Notes: generated by a model not told the origin, from the letters alone. Numbered from the stretch's first letter, positions 47,427-56,076 are shown. The stretch: 57,871 bases of DNA from Oscillospiraceae bacterium (GCA_015065045.1 SVRB01000001.1:1-57871); one strand, 5' to 3'. Numbers and translations are program-made.

Positions 47427-48002
47427 ATGGATAAAAGTCTCAATATAAAAATCGGATTTCCGACCATAATTTTCTTTGTGGTTTTATTAACCTATAATTT
47501 TTCTCTGGTATCAATACTTCCGTTTTTTGCTGCACTATTGCACGAAATCGGCCATGTCGTTGCCATGAAGTTATGCGGAGAAAAAATAACGACAATAACC
47601 ATCCTCCCCTTTGGAATAGACATAAAAAAAGCCCCTTCTGTAACCTCGTATAAATCAGATCTTTTTATCTGTTCCGCCGGAATCATAACCAATATACTAC
47701 TAATAGTCATCTTTAAAACACTGCCGCAAACGCCTAACACTACACTGTTTATAACAAGTAATTACCTCCTCATTTTTGTAAATATACTACCAATAAAATC
47801 CCTTGACGGAGGGCAATTTCTCGAAAAAATTATTTCGATAAAATACAATATCTCAACGGCAGAAAATGTTCTAACTATAACGTCGTTTATATTTATTTTG
47901 CTACTTGGAAGTGTAGCTGTTTGGTTGTTGTTTTCCTCATCCTATAACTTTACGCTCCTGCTTATGTGTATGTATTTATTCTGCGGAATTTTTTTAAAGT
48001 AA
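47427..48002 (+). CDS. M50-family site-2 metalloprotease (SpoIVFB-like, short form)
   Basis: 191 aa and polytopic, with the HExxH motif LLHEIGHVVAM in a TM helix and a second motif NILPIKSLDGG. Confidence 0.7.
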   Translation: MDKSLNIKIGFPTIIFFVVLLTYNFSLVSILPFFAALLHEIGHVVAMKLCGEKITTITILPFGIDIKKAPSVTSYKSDLFICSAGIITNILLIVIFKTLPQTPNTTLFITSNYLLIFVNILPIKSLDGGQFLEKIISIKYNISTAENVLTITSFIFILLLGSVAVWLLFSSSYNFTLLLMCMYLFCGIFLK

Positions 48003-48315
48003 CAATATCCCGAATTTTTTGCATATAGAATCATTTTTTTCATAAATTACATAAATCATAAAAAAAGTCGTTTTATCTTGTCATAAGCACCCATACCAAA
48101 ACGAAACCTGCCGCATACAATAATATCAGGGTAAAGGAAATCCCGCGTTTGAAAAAACGACCTTCCCGGAAAGGAGGTTTCGTATGAACTGCTTGTGTAA
48201 TCTTTTTGATTGTGAAAACATCTGGGTTATCATCGCTATCTGCCTCGTGCTCTTCTTCCTTTGCAACTGTGGCGGCGGCTGTGGATGTGGATGTGGCTGC
48301 AACTAATCTATATAC

Positions 48316-48354
48316 AAAAAACACCTTTTGTCTGAAAAGACAAAAGGTGTTTTT
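48316..48354. terminator. palindromic terminator, copy 1 of an exact 39-bp repeat
   Basis: The sequence is AAAAAACACCTTTTGTC-tgaaaa-GACAAAAGGTGTTTTT, identical to 49872-49910. It serves as the terminator of the LRR-like gene. Confidence 0.8.
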
Positions 48355-49228
48355 AATCTCTCTCCATATCGTTTGGCGGATATATGCTGTTTTCGTATTT
48401 TTTTACAAGAGAATCGTATTTTTGTTGATACTTTTCTGTTTTTGAGATATGGTCAAGATTTTTCGGAGTTCTCTTGCCGATGATAGAATAGAAATCTTTA
48501 CAATAATTGTGCACACAATCAAGTCCTTCCTTTACGTTAGTCAGCTTTGATTTGAGCCACGCAAACTGTTGAAATGTAAAGAAGCTGTCGGGCACGGTAA
48601 ATATTTCAAGGCCTTGGCATTTCGAAATCAATGTCAGATAATATTCACTGGGTTCATCTTTAATAATATCAATACGTAATTCTTTCAAACAGGGCATATC
48701 CGTGATAAAACTAAAATCCTTTATATGCATTTTTGATGTAAATGAGGAAAATCCATTGCATCCAAATAAGCACAGCGATTCTATAGAGCTGTTGCGAAAA
48801 GCCGAAAAATCAGAAACTTTATAATAGTCTCTAATCATAAAGCTTTTTAATTTGGTGTTCTTTTTTACATCCCATAGTGTTTCTTGTCTTGTATTCCACT
48901 CCAAATAAACCGATTCAAGCTTTGAACATTTTTCGAGAGGAGTTAAATCATATATCAGGTTACTTTTTGACAGAATGCGAAGGGACACTACAAATTCTTT
49001 TATTAAGTCAATTATATAATCAAACTCGTCTTGAGAGTCGAAATTAAAAGTAATATCGTCAGGAGTTATCTTTTTAATTAAATCGGCGAATTCTGTATGA
49101 TTATAGTATTCGCCTTCTCCTGCAAATTTTTCGTCTCCTTCTATGTCGGTAAAAGAAATAAATTTATCATTCGTTTTTTGGTTTTTGTCGGAAAGTCGGC
49201 CTTCCGCAATGAATATTATCTTGCGCAT
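48353..49228 (-). CDS. leucine-rich-repeat-like hypothetical protein
   Basis: The start is set at MRKIIFIAEG behind AAAGGAA. The irregular LRR-type pattern includes LTPLEKCSKLESVYLEWN, IESLCLFGCNGF and MPCLKELRIDI. No signal peptide. Confidence 0.55.
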   Translation of the reverse strand: MRKIIFIAEGRLSDKNQKTNDKFISFTDIEGDEKFAGEGEYYNHTEFADLIKKITPDDITFNFDSQDEFDYIIDLIKEFVVSLRILSKSNLIYDLTPLEKCSKLESVYLEWNTRQETLWDVKKNTKLKSFMIRDYYKVSDFSAFRNSSIESLCLFGCNGFSSFTSKMHIKDFSFITDMPCLKELRIDIIKDEPSEYYLTLISKCQGLEIFTVPDSFFTFQQFAWLKSKLTNVKEGLDCVHNYCKDFYSIIGKRTPKNLDHISKTEKYQQKYDSLVKKYENSIYPPNDMERD

Positions 49229-49463
49229 ATTGTTCCTTTCGTGTCTTCTCAAAATATATTCTTGAATGTCTATACTGTTTTAGTATATCATAGATGATTC
49301 TTTTTTTCAATAATATACCATAATGAATAAAGATCGGATAATAAACACTAATTCTGCCTTTGAAGCAGGTAATTAAATTTAATAAACAATGTAATATTGA
49401 CTTTTTTTGGGGGTATGCTATAATTATTTTGTAAGAAAAATTTATCAATGGAGTTGCAAATAT

Positions 49464-49811
49464 ATGAGACATACGTTTAAATTTAAATTATTTGGAAGCA
49501 AAGTTCAGATGTTTTGTGAAGAACATAAGGGAATTGTCATTGAAAAAGAACCTGATGTTGTGTGCGTATACGGAACAGATGAAAAATACAAAGATGTTTT
49601 TTGCGCTATCCCTTTGTGCCATCCTAAATTTTTAAAGGGGGCGGAATATATAGTTGATTTCTGCGAAAACGAACAGGTCAAGGTATGTGTTGGTGACTTG
49701 CAGATAATTATCGATTTCGGCAAGAAAAAATGTGCAAACAACAAATCTATTAAATGTTATGGTTCAGATAGTTGGGGTCAGGATGTTCAGCTTGAATGGA
49801 ACGAAATTTAA
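49464..49811 (+). CDS. small Cys-rich hypothetical protein
   Basis: The start is set at the ATG at 49464 (MRHTFKFKLFG) behind GGAG. 115 aa with 9 Cys. It is divergent from the LRR-like gene. Confidence 0.5.
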   Translation: MRHTFKFKLFGSKVQMFCEEHKGIVIEKEPDVVCVYGTDEKYKDVFCAIPLCHPKFLKGAEYIVDFCENEQVKVCVGDLQIIIDFGKKKCANNKSIKCYGSDSWGQDVQLEWNEI

Positions 49812-49870
49812 AGCTAACCATCTTCAATATATCGAATAAAATGTTATTGTATTAGTTTTAATATTAGCAT

Positions 49871-49911
49871 AAAAAAACACCTTTTGTCTGAAAAGACAAA
49901 AGGTGTTTTTT
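49871..49911. terminator. palindromic terminator, copy 2 of the exact 39-bp repeat
   Basis: Same hairpin as 48316-48354. It abuts the tRNA-Pro 3' fragment. Confidence 0.8.
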
Positions 49912-49938
49912 GGTCGAGATGACTGGATTCGAACCAGC
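49911..49938 (-). pseudogene. 28-nt duplicate of the 3' end (T-arm, acceptor, CCA) of tRNA-Pro
   Basis: TGGTCGAGATGACTGGATTCGAACCAGC is identical to 50152-50179. No matching 5' half lies within 200 nt. Confidence 0.8.
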
Positions 49939-50111
49939 CCTGCCCTTCCTGAAACATTGGTCGAAATGCGGCGCAAATCATTTAGATTTGCTTCCATTTC
50001 TCCCTGTTTCAGTTAAGCCTCGGCGAAAAACAGTCCACCGGACTCTTTTTCGCTCTCGTTACCCTGCGTCCCGTTCGGGACTTCGATGACCGCGGTTCGA
50101 ACACTAATATA

Positions 50112-50150
50112 CACAAACAAAAACGAGTGAACCTACGTTCACTCGTTTTT
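50112..50150 (-). terminator. terminator of tRNA-Pro
   Basis: The hairpin is AACGAGTGAAC-ctac-GTTCACTCGTT, with the T-run TTTTTGTTTG in the minus sense. Confidence 0.8.
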
Positions 50151-50151
50151 T

Positions 50152-50228
50152 TGGTCGAGATGACTGGATTCGAACCAGCGGCCTCTGCGTCCCGAACGCA
50201 GCGCTCTACCAAACTGAGCCACATCTCG
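50152..50228 (-). tRNA. tRNA-Pro (anticodon CGG), CCA encoded
   Basis: I folded it by hand. The acceptor is CGAGATG/CATCTCG, the anticodon stem is CTGCG/CGCAG with loop TTCGGGA, and the T-arm is GCTGG-TTCGAAT-CCAGT. Length is 77 nt. Confidence 0.9.
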
Positions 50229-50245
50229 TATTATCATACCCGATT

Positions 50246-50274
50246 ATTTTATCAAAACAAAACCTGTTTGTCAA
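50246..50274 (-). promoter_or_regulatory. promoter of tRNA-Pro
   Basis: The minus-sense sequence reads TTGACA-N17-TAAAAT, about 18 nt upstream of the mature 5' end. Confidence 0.65.
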
Positions 50275-50303
50275 TACCTTTGGCAAAAAACAAACGCTAT
50301 GCA

Positions 50304-50359
50304 CACAATAAAATAACCCTTGACTGCTTCATCTTTTCCTACTCTGCAGCCAAGGGTTA
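50304..50359 (-). terminator. minus-strand terminator closing the ORF-free region
   Basis: A 14-bp stem joins 50314-50327 and 50346-50359. It is perfect in the minus-sense RNA (one G-U pair) but carries an A-C mismatch in the plus sense. In the minus sense it is followed by UUUUAUUG. Confidence 0.5.
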
Positions 50360-50935
50360 CTTATTCTCTGTCTTGATATCTAACATCATTGATTAACCTC
50401 TCTTTCTTATATTTACGACTCACTTCAAATCCATCCGATCCTCTTTCTAACGGTTCATTTCCTACAAACATTTTCTCTTAAGCGAGATCATCTTACGTAA
50501 CTCTGATCGGCTATTCTGTTTGACAGTTATCGTATTTGTTTTGAAAACTCACATCTTAAAGATCTTTACAAACTTCTTTTTGGAATCTACCTCTTTTCCC
50601 TACATCATTTTCTTACGGAAAACTTCTTCCTACACTTTGAATTATTGTGCTCATCGGGTATCGCCTTTTCTCAAACCACTTCACATACGTTATTTGAACT
50701 TCTTCAACCCCATCTCTATGTAATAGGCTTTCATTTCCGCTAACCCCTTAGCTTTCTGCCTTTTCCTAAAAGCTTCGGTTTTTGTTTACCTGTACATTGG
50801 ACTCACCCTTTCTTCGCTTATATGTTACCATATATTTCACCTTTTTGCAATACACGATTTGTACAAACTTCATTAAAACTTTTTATACATTTAGCAGAAC
50901 TTTGTATATATTCACCACTAAAATGTTATTTTCTA
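50360..50935 (-). other. ORF-free, strongly purine-skewed (minus sense) region: candidate large ncRNA or decayed gene
   Basis: The minus strand has no ORF of 60 aa or more. The plus strand is visibly T/C-rich and G-poor. UAGGRAAA-type motifs recur. See findings. Confidence 0.25.
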
Positions 50936-50964
50936 TTGACATTAACACTTGTGTGTGATATAAT
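50936..50964 (+). promoter_or_regulatory. consensus sigma-70 promoter with extended -10 (orphan)
   Basis: TTGACA (50936-41), a 17-nt spacer, then TGaTATAAT (50956-64). Confidence 0.7.
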
Positions 50965-50970
50965 GGTTTT

Positions 50971-51042
50971 GTTAGTTTGTTAAATTTGTATTGATTATAA
51001 AACAAAATCCCCGTTAGTTAAAATACTAACGGGGATTTTTTA
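50971..51042 (+). ncRNA. candidate ~70-nt sRNA between the orphan promoter and the shared terminator
   Basis: The predicted transcript is GGUUUUGUU...AACAAAAUC (5' hairpin) plus the terminator hairpin AUCCCCGUUAG-...-CUAACGGGGAU followed by a U-run. It contains no ORF. Confidence 0.3.
51001..51042. terminator. bidirectional terminator (AI-2E transporter gene / candidate sRNA)
   Basis: The hairpin is AAAATCCCCGTTAGT-taaaata-CTAACGGGGATTTTTT. Confidence 0.85.
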
Positions 51043-51044
51043 TA

Positions 51045-52172
51045 CTATTCAATTTTTATATTCTTTTCAGCCAAGCGTCTGTCGGTATACTCTTTTAACA
51101 GAGTAAAAACAACAGCAGTAAGAGGGATAAAGAATACTATTCCTAAAAAACCCATTACATTTCCGCCAACAAGTGCGGCAAGCAAAGTCAAAAGCGGACT
51201 TAATCCAACTGAATTACCCACTACGTGAGGATATATAAACTGAGTCTCAATGAACTGAATAACCGACGAAATTACTATACACAAAAGCGCCTGCATAGGA
51301 CTTACAAGGAGAATTAAGAATGCTCCGATAAAACACGCGATAAACGCTCCTACGTACGGTATAAATGCCGACAGACCCGTCATAAGACCAATAATACCAG
51401 CGTACGGTATACGGAAAATCAAAAAGCTTATGGTTATAAGGCTTCCCAATATAAAAGCTTCGATACATTGACCGGATAAATAATGCGCGAACATCTTATT
51501 AGTCAGTCTTGCAACGTCACATACTTTATCTGCGTACTCTTTCTTAATTGCAATATAAAGAAGTTTTTTTGAATGTCTCTTTACCGTATCCTTGCTGAGC
51601 AACACGTATATTGCTATAACGCAAGCAAACACAAAGCTTACGATTCCGGACACCGTTTGTGTCGCAAAATTCAAAATACTAACAAGAACAATACCTGCAC
51701 CTGACGTTATCTTACTCATCAAACCATTAACATCAAACGCTGATATCCACTCTCTGATCTTAGAGGTATCTATATTATATTTCTCGAGCAGCGACATTAA
51801 CTGAGGAATCTTTTGTTTCAAAAGAGCATAAATACTCTTAGCAGATTCTATAATTTCGGGAATAGCAAGTAAAGCCACTATAGATACGACCAAGAACAAA
51901 CAAAGAATCGTGCTGAATAAGCTCAATATACTTATCAACTTATTGCCGGGCTTTTTCTTGCACTTTCTGAACATCCAATTATACAAACGCTGAAAAGCGC
52001 GCATTGGAACGTTAAGCACAAAAGCAATAAGAAGTCCTGCAAATATGGGCAGTATCATCTGCACAACGCCCGATACAAAACTCCATACCTTAGATATATT
52101 CATCACAACCGCAAAAAACACAATAGCAAAAGCAATTAACATCATTATTGTCTTTTTCAGATTTTTGTCCAT
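51045..52172 (-). CDS. AI-2E family (PerM/UPF0118) transporter
   Basis: 375 aa with about 8 TM segments. The C-terminal half has the typical pattern (IPYVGAFI..., GLSPLLTLLAALVGG). Confidence 0.8.
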   Translation of the reverse strand: MDKNLKKTIMMLIAFAIVFFAVVMNISKVWSFVSGVVQMILPIFAGLLIAFVLNVPMRAFQRLYNWMFRKCKKKPGNKLISILSLFSTILCLFLVVSIVALLAIPEIIESAKSIYALLKQKIPQLMSLLEKYNIDTSKIREWISAFDVNGLMSKITSGAGIVLVSILNFATQTVSGIVSFVFACVIAIYVLLSKDTVKRHSKKLLYIAIKKEYADKVCDVARLTNKMFAHYLSGQCIEAFILGSLITISFLIFRIPYAGIIGLMTGLSAFIPYVGAFIACFIGAFLILLVSPMQALLCIVISSVIQFIETQFIYPHVVGNSVGLSPLLTLLAALVGGNVMGFLGIVFFIPLTAVVFTLLKEYTDRRLAEKNIKIE

Positions 52173-52211
52173 TTCCTATTCCCCCTTTTTATTAAAATAA
52201 AGTTCTGTAAA

Positions 52212-52439
52212 TTAACCGAAAATTCCCTTTTTTACTGTTATTTCACCAACACTAAATCCGAGCTTTTCAACCGCAGATTTTAAAGTGTCATCCGATACGT
52301 CCTTCTTTAAAACAACAACGGCATTCTGCTTTGCAAGATTAACCTTTGCTGCTACTCCTTCTATCTCGTTTAAAGCCTTTTCAACTCTTGAACTGCATTT
52401 TTCACAATGCATTCCGTTTATTTCGATAATTTTTTTCAT
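52212..52439 (-). CDS. copZ: heavy-metal-associated (HMA) domain copper chaperone
   Basis: 75 aa with the metal-binding motif GMHCEKC in a beta-alpha-beta-beta-alpha-beta sized protein. Confidence 0.75.
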   Translation of the reverse strand: MKKIIEINGMHCEKCSSRVEKALNEIEGVAAKVNLAKQNAVVVLKKDVSDDTLKSAVEKLGFSVGEITVKKGIFG

Positions 52440-52455
52440 AAACTATTCCTCTGTT

Positions 52456-52896
52456 TTATTTATCAAAAGAATTAACCATATCTACACGAGCCTGATGTCT
52501 TCCGCCCTCATATTCTGTGCTAAGGAATGCGTCAACAAGCTCAAAAGCAAGACCTGCTCCAACAACACGTTCACCAAAACACAAAACGTTAGCATCATTG
52601 TGCATTCTTGTAGCCTTCGCAGAAAAAGTATCTGACACACAAGCTGCGCGAATGCCCTTATGCTTGTTAGCTGCCATCGACATACCGATTCCTGTTCCGC
52701 AAACAAGAATTCCCATATTAGCCTTACCCTCTTGAATAGCCTTACAAAGCTTTGATGCATATTCAGGGTAAGCTACGCTCTCTGTAGAATTTGTTCCGAG
52801 ATCTATATACTCTATTGATTTTTCCTCGAGGTGCTTCTTCACCTGTTCTTTTAATGAATAACCTGCGTGGTCACTTGCAATTACAATTGGTAACAT
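52456..52896 (-). CDS. rpiB: ribose-5-phosphate isomerase B
   Basis: 146 aa with the motifs IASDHAGY, GILVCGTGIGMSMAANK and RMHNDANVLCFGERV. Confidence 0.9.
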   Translation of the reverse strand: MLPIVIASDHAGYSLKEQVKKHLEEKSIEYIDLGTNSTESVAYPEYASKLCKAIQEGKANMGILVCGTGIGMSMAANKHKGIRAACVSDTFSAKATRMHNDANVLCFGERVVGAGLAFELVDAFLSTEYEGGRHQARVDMVNSFDK

Positions 52897-52923
52897 TATT
52901 TTGCCTTCTTTCTTAAATTAGCC

Positions 52924-53631
52924 TTATTGTTCTTTGTTAATTCTTTCGAGTCTTTCCCTCTCTGCCTGAGGTACTCTTAAATAAGTAGGCTTCAACACTC
53001 TGTCTGTATATTCGCCGTCTTTATTTTCGTTATATTTTTTCAGCGCGGTCTGAGCAACAGAATAAGCATTCTGTTCTCTTAGAAGCATCGGTGTATCCAT
53101 AGATTCAACTTCGATAGTCTTCTTAGTCAAAGAATAACCGTCACCGCATAAGTAAATATTTTCTTCGTCTATGCTTTCGAGCTCGGTCTGTAACTCTTTA
53201 AGAGGGATAGCTCTGTCCTCGGTCAATCTCTTAATATTCTGACCATCGGACATAAACAAAGCGTTGTATACCTGATCGCGACGCGCGTCCATCACAGGAC
53301 ATATCAAGCCTTTAAAGCCTCTTAAATTATACGCCAAAGCTTCAAGCGTTGACACACCTAAGCAAAGCTTGTTCTTACCGAAAGCTAAGCCCTTAAGTAA
53401 TGATACGCCTATTCTTACCCCTGTAAATGATCCGGGACCGTCAGATATTGCAAACATATCAATATCGTCAATATTCATCTGCGCCGTTTTTAGCGCGTTC
53501 TCAACCATCGGCAACAAGGTTTCGCTGTGATTAAGCCCTGCTGTAACTGAATATATACTTATAAGTCTTTCATCTTCACAAATACAAACAGAAGCTGTTT
53601 TTGCCGTTGAATCAAGAGCAAGAATCTTCAT
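52924..53631 (-). CDS. tsaB: tRNA t6A37 biosynthesis protein TsaB
   Basis: The start is set at MKILALDSTAKTASV (ATG at 53631). GPGSFTGVRIG is the YeaZ/TsaB hallmark. It follows tsaE. Confidence 0.85.
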   Translation of the reverse strand: MKILALDSTAKTASVCICEDERLISIYSVTAGLNHSETLLPMVENALKTAQMNIDDIDMFAISDGPGSFTGVRIGVSLLKGLAFGKNKLCLGVSTLEALAYNLRGFKGLICPVMDARRDQVYNALFMSDGQNIKRLTEDRAIPLKELQTELESIDEENIYLCGDGYSLTKKTIEVESMDTPMLLREQNAYSVAQTALKKYNENKDGEYTDRVLKPTYLRVPQAERERLERINKEQ

Positions 53632-53636
53632 ATCTA

Positions 53637-54092
53637 TTACTCCGTAATTTTTTCTATTTTTATGTTTCTTGAGCAACCGTCGTCTATCTTTGAAATTTCC
53701 ACACGATAATAATTATCCGGTATCGCAAACGGTATATTCTCACACCATTCAGCAACGATTATGCAATTTTCGTAATCATAAAATCCGGTTGATTCAAGAT
53801 CGTCTTCGCTTGTTATACGGTACATATCGTAATGGCAAATTCGATATTTGCCTCTGTATTCGTTAACCAAAGCATACGTTGGACTCTGAACAAATTCATC
53901 GGGACAGATCACGGACGCCAAACCTCTTACGAAAACCGTTTTTCCTACTCCAACGTCACCGTAGAGAGCTAAGAAAATATTCCCGTAAGAAATATTCTCC
54001 ATATCCTTGCATAAAGATAATGCAAATTCTTTTGCAACAGCCTCTGTTTCATTAGCAGAGGCTGTCACTGTTTCTTTTATGAGTTCAATCAT
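53637..54092 (-). CDS. tsaE: tRNA t6A37 biosynthesis ATPase TsaE
   Basis: 151 aa with the motifs LYGDVGVGKTVFVRGL, SPTYALVNEY and HYDMYR. Confidence 0.9.
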   Translation of the reverse strand: MIELIKETVTASANETEAVAKEFALSLCKDMENISYGNIFLALYGDVGVGKTVFVRGLASVICPDEFVQSPTYALVNEYRGKYRICHYDMYRITSEDDLESTGFYDYENCIIVAEWCENIPFAIPDNYYRVEISKIDDGCSRNIKIEKITE

Positions 54093-54094
54093 TT

Positions 54095-55768
54095 TTAGAA
54101 CAATCCTGTAATAATACCGTCATCGTCAACGTCAATATTTTCTGCAGCGGGAACCTTAGGAAGTCCGGGCATTGTCATAATATTGCCGGTCAACACAACG
54201 ATAAAGCCTGCGCCTGCGGAAAGTGTTACGTCTCTTACTGTAACGGTAAAGCCCTCAGGTCTTCCAAGTAAGGTAGGATCATCGGAGAGTGAATACTGTG
54301 TCTTTGCTACGCATATAGGATATTTCTTGTATTTTTCATCAAGAGATTCGATCTGCTTGATAGCATTCTGTGCCTGAGCTGTAAAGGTTACGCCATCAGC
54401 TCCGTAAATTTCTTTTGCAACAGTTTCTATCTTTTCGCAAATAGAAACGGATTCATCGTATATAAACTTAAAGTTTGATTCCTTTTCACAGGATTCAACA
54501 ACCTTCTTTGCGAGCTCAATACCGCCATCGCCGCCCTTTGCAAATACGTCTGAGAGAGCAAATTCAGCGCCCTTATTTCTACATACTTCTTCAATATAGT
54601 TAAGCTCTGCTTCGCTGTCTGTGTCAAAACGGTTGATTGCAACAACACAAGGAACGCCAAACTTTGCTATATTATCAATATGAGCTTCGAGATTGCAAAT
54701 ACCCTTCTTCAAAGCTTCGAGGTTTTCTGTCTTAAGCTCAGCCTTGGGAACACCGCCATTATATTTCAATGCGCGAACAGTCGCCACAAGAACTATTGTA
54801 GAGGGCACGATACCTGCCATACGGCACTTAATGTCAAGGAACTTTTCAGCACCCAAATCAGCGCCGAATCCTGCTTCTGTAATTGCATAATCTGCAAGCT
54901 TAAGAGCAAGCTTTGTAGCCTTTACAGAGTTACATCCGTGAGCTATGTTAGCGAAGGGACCGCCGTGAATAAGCGCGGGTGTGTTCTCAAGTGTCTGAAC
55001 CAAATTAGGCTTCAAAGCATCCTTGAGGAGCGCTGTCATAGCGCCGTTCGCCTTAATATCGCGGCAGTATACGGGAGAACCGTCATATTTATAAGCAATA
55101 AGAATATCGCCAAGTCTTTCCTTAAGGTCAGTTACAGAGTCAGCAAGACAAAGAATAGCCATAACTTCACTTGCAACTGTAATCATAAAGTGGTCTTCAC
55201 GCGGAATACCGTCAACCTTTGAACCAAGACCGCAAATTGTATTACGCAATGCTCTGTCGTTTGTATCAGTTACTCTCTTAAAGAGAATTCTTCTCTGGTC
55301 TATACCAAGAGCATTTCCCTGGTGAATGTGGTTATCTATCATCGCGCAAAGCAAGTTGTTTGCAGCAGTGATTGCGTGGAAGTCACCTGTAAAGTGAAGG
55401 TTAATATCTTCCATGGGAACTACCTGAGCGTAACCGCCGCCTGCAGCGCCGCCCTTTACACCAAACACAGGGCCAAGTGAGGGCTCACGAAGTGCAATAA
55501 CAGCATTCTTACCGATCTTTTCCATAGCCTGTCCAAGACCTATTGAAGTTGTAGTTTTACCTTCTCCTGCGGGAGTGGGGTTGATTGCTGTAACAAGAAT
55601 AAGCTTTCCGTCTTTCTTATCGGAATTACGCTTAATAAACTCGTTAGTAATCTTTGCCTTATATTTTCCATAAAGCTCGAGTTCGTCGGGCTGTACACCT
55701 AATTTTTCAGCTATTTCTGTAATAGGCTTCATAGAAGCGTTTTGCGAAATTTGAATATCGGTAAGCAT
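54095..55768 (-). CDS. fhs: formate--tetrahydrofolate ligase
   Basis: 557 aa with the motifs [15 protein letters not shown] and [23 protein letters not shown]. Confidence 0.95.
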   Translation of the reverse strand: MLTDIQISQNASMKPITEIAEKLGVQPDELELYGKYKAKITNEFIKRNSDKKDGKLILVTAINPTPAGEGKTTTSIGLGQAMEKIGKNAVIALREPSLGPVFGVKGGAAGGGYAQVVPMEDINLHFTGDFHAITAANNLLCAMIDNHIHQGNALGIDQRRILFKRVTDTNDRALRNTICGLGSKVDGIPREDHFMITVASEVMAILCLADSVTDLKERLGDILIAYKYDGSPVYCRDIKANGAMTALLKDALKPNLVQTLENTPALIHGGPFANIAHGCNSVKATKLALKLADYAITEAGFGADLGAEKFLDIKCRMAGIVPSTIVLVATVRALKYNGGVPKAELKTENLEALKKGICNLEAHIDNIAKFGVPCVVAINRFDTDSEAELNYIEEVCRNKGAEFALSDVFAKGGDGGIELAKKVVESCEKESNFKFIYDESVSICEKIETVAKEIYGADGVTFTAQAQNAIKQIESLDEKYKKYPICVAKTQYSLSDDPTLLGRPEGFTVTVRDVTLSAGAGFIVVLTGNIMTMPGLPKVPAAENIDVDDDGIITGLF

Positions 55769-55909
55769 TATTATATGCCCTCCTATAAAAATAGTTATTT
55801 GGTATAATTATATCACATATTTTTGAAAATTTAAACACTAAAATCAATATTTTTTCAAAAATATCCATTTTTTTATATTATTTTTATATAACAGCACACA
55901 ACATTACTC

Positions 55910-55938
55910 TTTACATTGTTTTTTATGTATGGTATACT
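55910..55938 (+). promoter_or_regulatory. promoter of tRNA-Arg
   Basis: The sequence reads TTTACA-N17-TATACT with TGg upstream (extended -10), about 18 nt before the tRNA. Confidence 0.6.
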
Positions 55939-55955
55939 GTTATGAACAATAACAT

Positions 55956-56032
55956 CTGCCCGTGGCACAGCTGGATAGCGCGTCAGACTCCGACTCTGAA
56001 GGTCGTAGGTTCGAATCCTATCGGGCAGGCCA
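55956..56032 (+). tRNA. tRNA-Arg (anticodon CCG), CCA encoded
   Basis: Hand fold: the acceptor is CTGCCCG/CGGGCAG, the anticodon stem is TCAGA/TCTGA with loop CTCCGAC, and the T-arm is GTAGG-TTCGAAT-CCTAT. Confidence 0.85.
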
Positions 56033-56034
56033 GA

Positions 56035-56076
56035 AAAAAGCACACATTTGTCTACCAGACAATGTGTGCTTTTTTC
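56035..56076 (+). terminator. terminator of tRNA-Arg
   Basis: The stem is AAAAGCACACATTTGTCT...AGACAATGTGTGCTTTTTT. Confidence 0.8.

Noticed and set aside
48073-48324. An 83-aa ORF with a C-terminal TM segment.
   Set aside because: Its only possible start is a GTG buried in the stem of the 48316-48354 terminator hairpin. It has no SD and no internal Met, and it carries an odd ACA/TCC/GCC repeat. It is probably not expressed as annotated. It could be the 3' remnant of an older gene, so I keep it at low priority rather than calling it.
49911-50110. The possibility that the segment ending in a tRNA-like 3' end is a tmRNA, SRP RNA or 6S RNA.
   Set aside because: There is no 5' strand complementary to the acceptor 3' strand, so neither a tmRNA nor a tRNA acceptor stem can form. 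There is no recognisable tag reading frame. The only SRP domain IV resemblance is a vague GGAAGGGCAG. There is no long end-to-end 6S-type helix.
50009-50224. A 71-aa minus-strand ORF and an 89-aa plus-strand ORF (50127-50396) overlapping the tRNA-Pro region.
   Set aside because: They run through the tRNA gene, its terminator and the structured interval. They are artefacts of six-frame translation.
50229-50935. The idea that the ORF-free region is a gene read with a reassigned stop codon.
   Set aside because: I translated the most protein-like minus frame by hand. It is interrupted by all three stop codons (TAA, TAG, TGA) repeatedly, so no single reassignment opens it. Its K/R/E richness simply reflects the purine skew.
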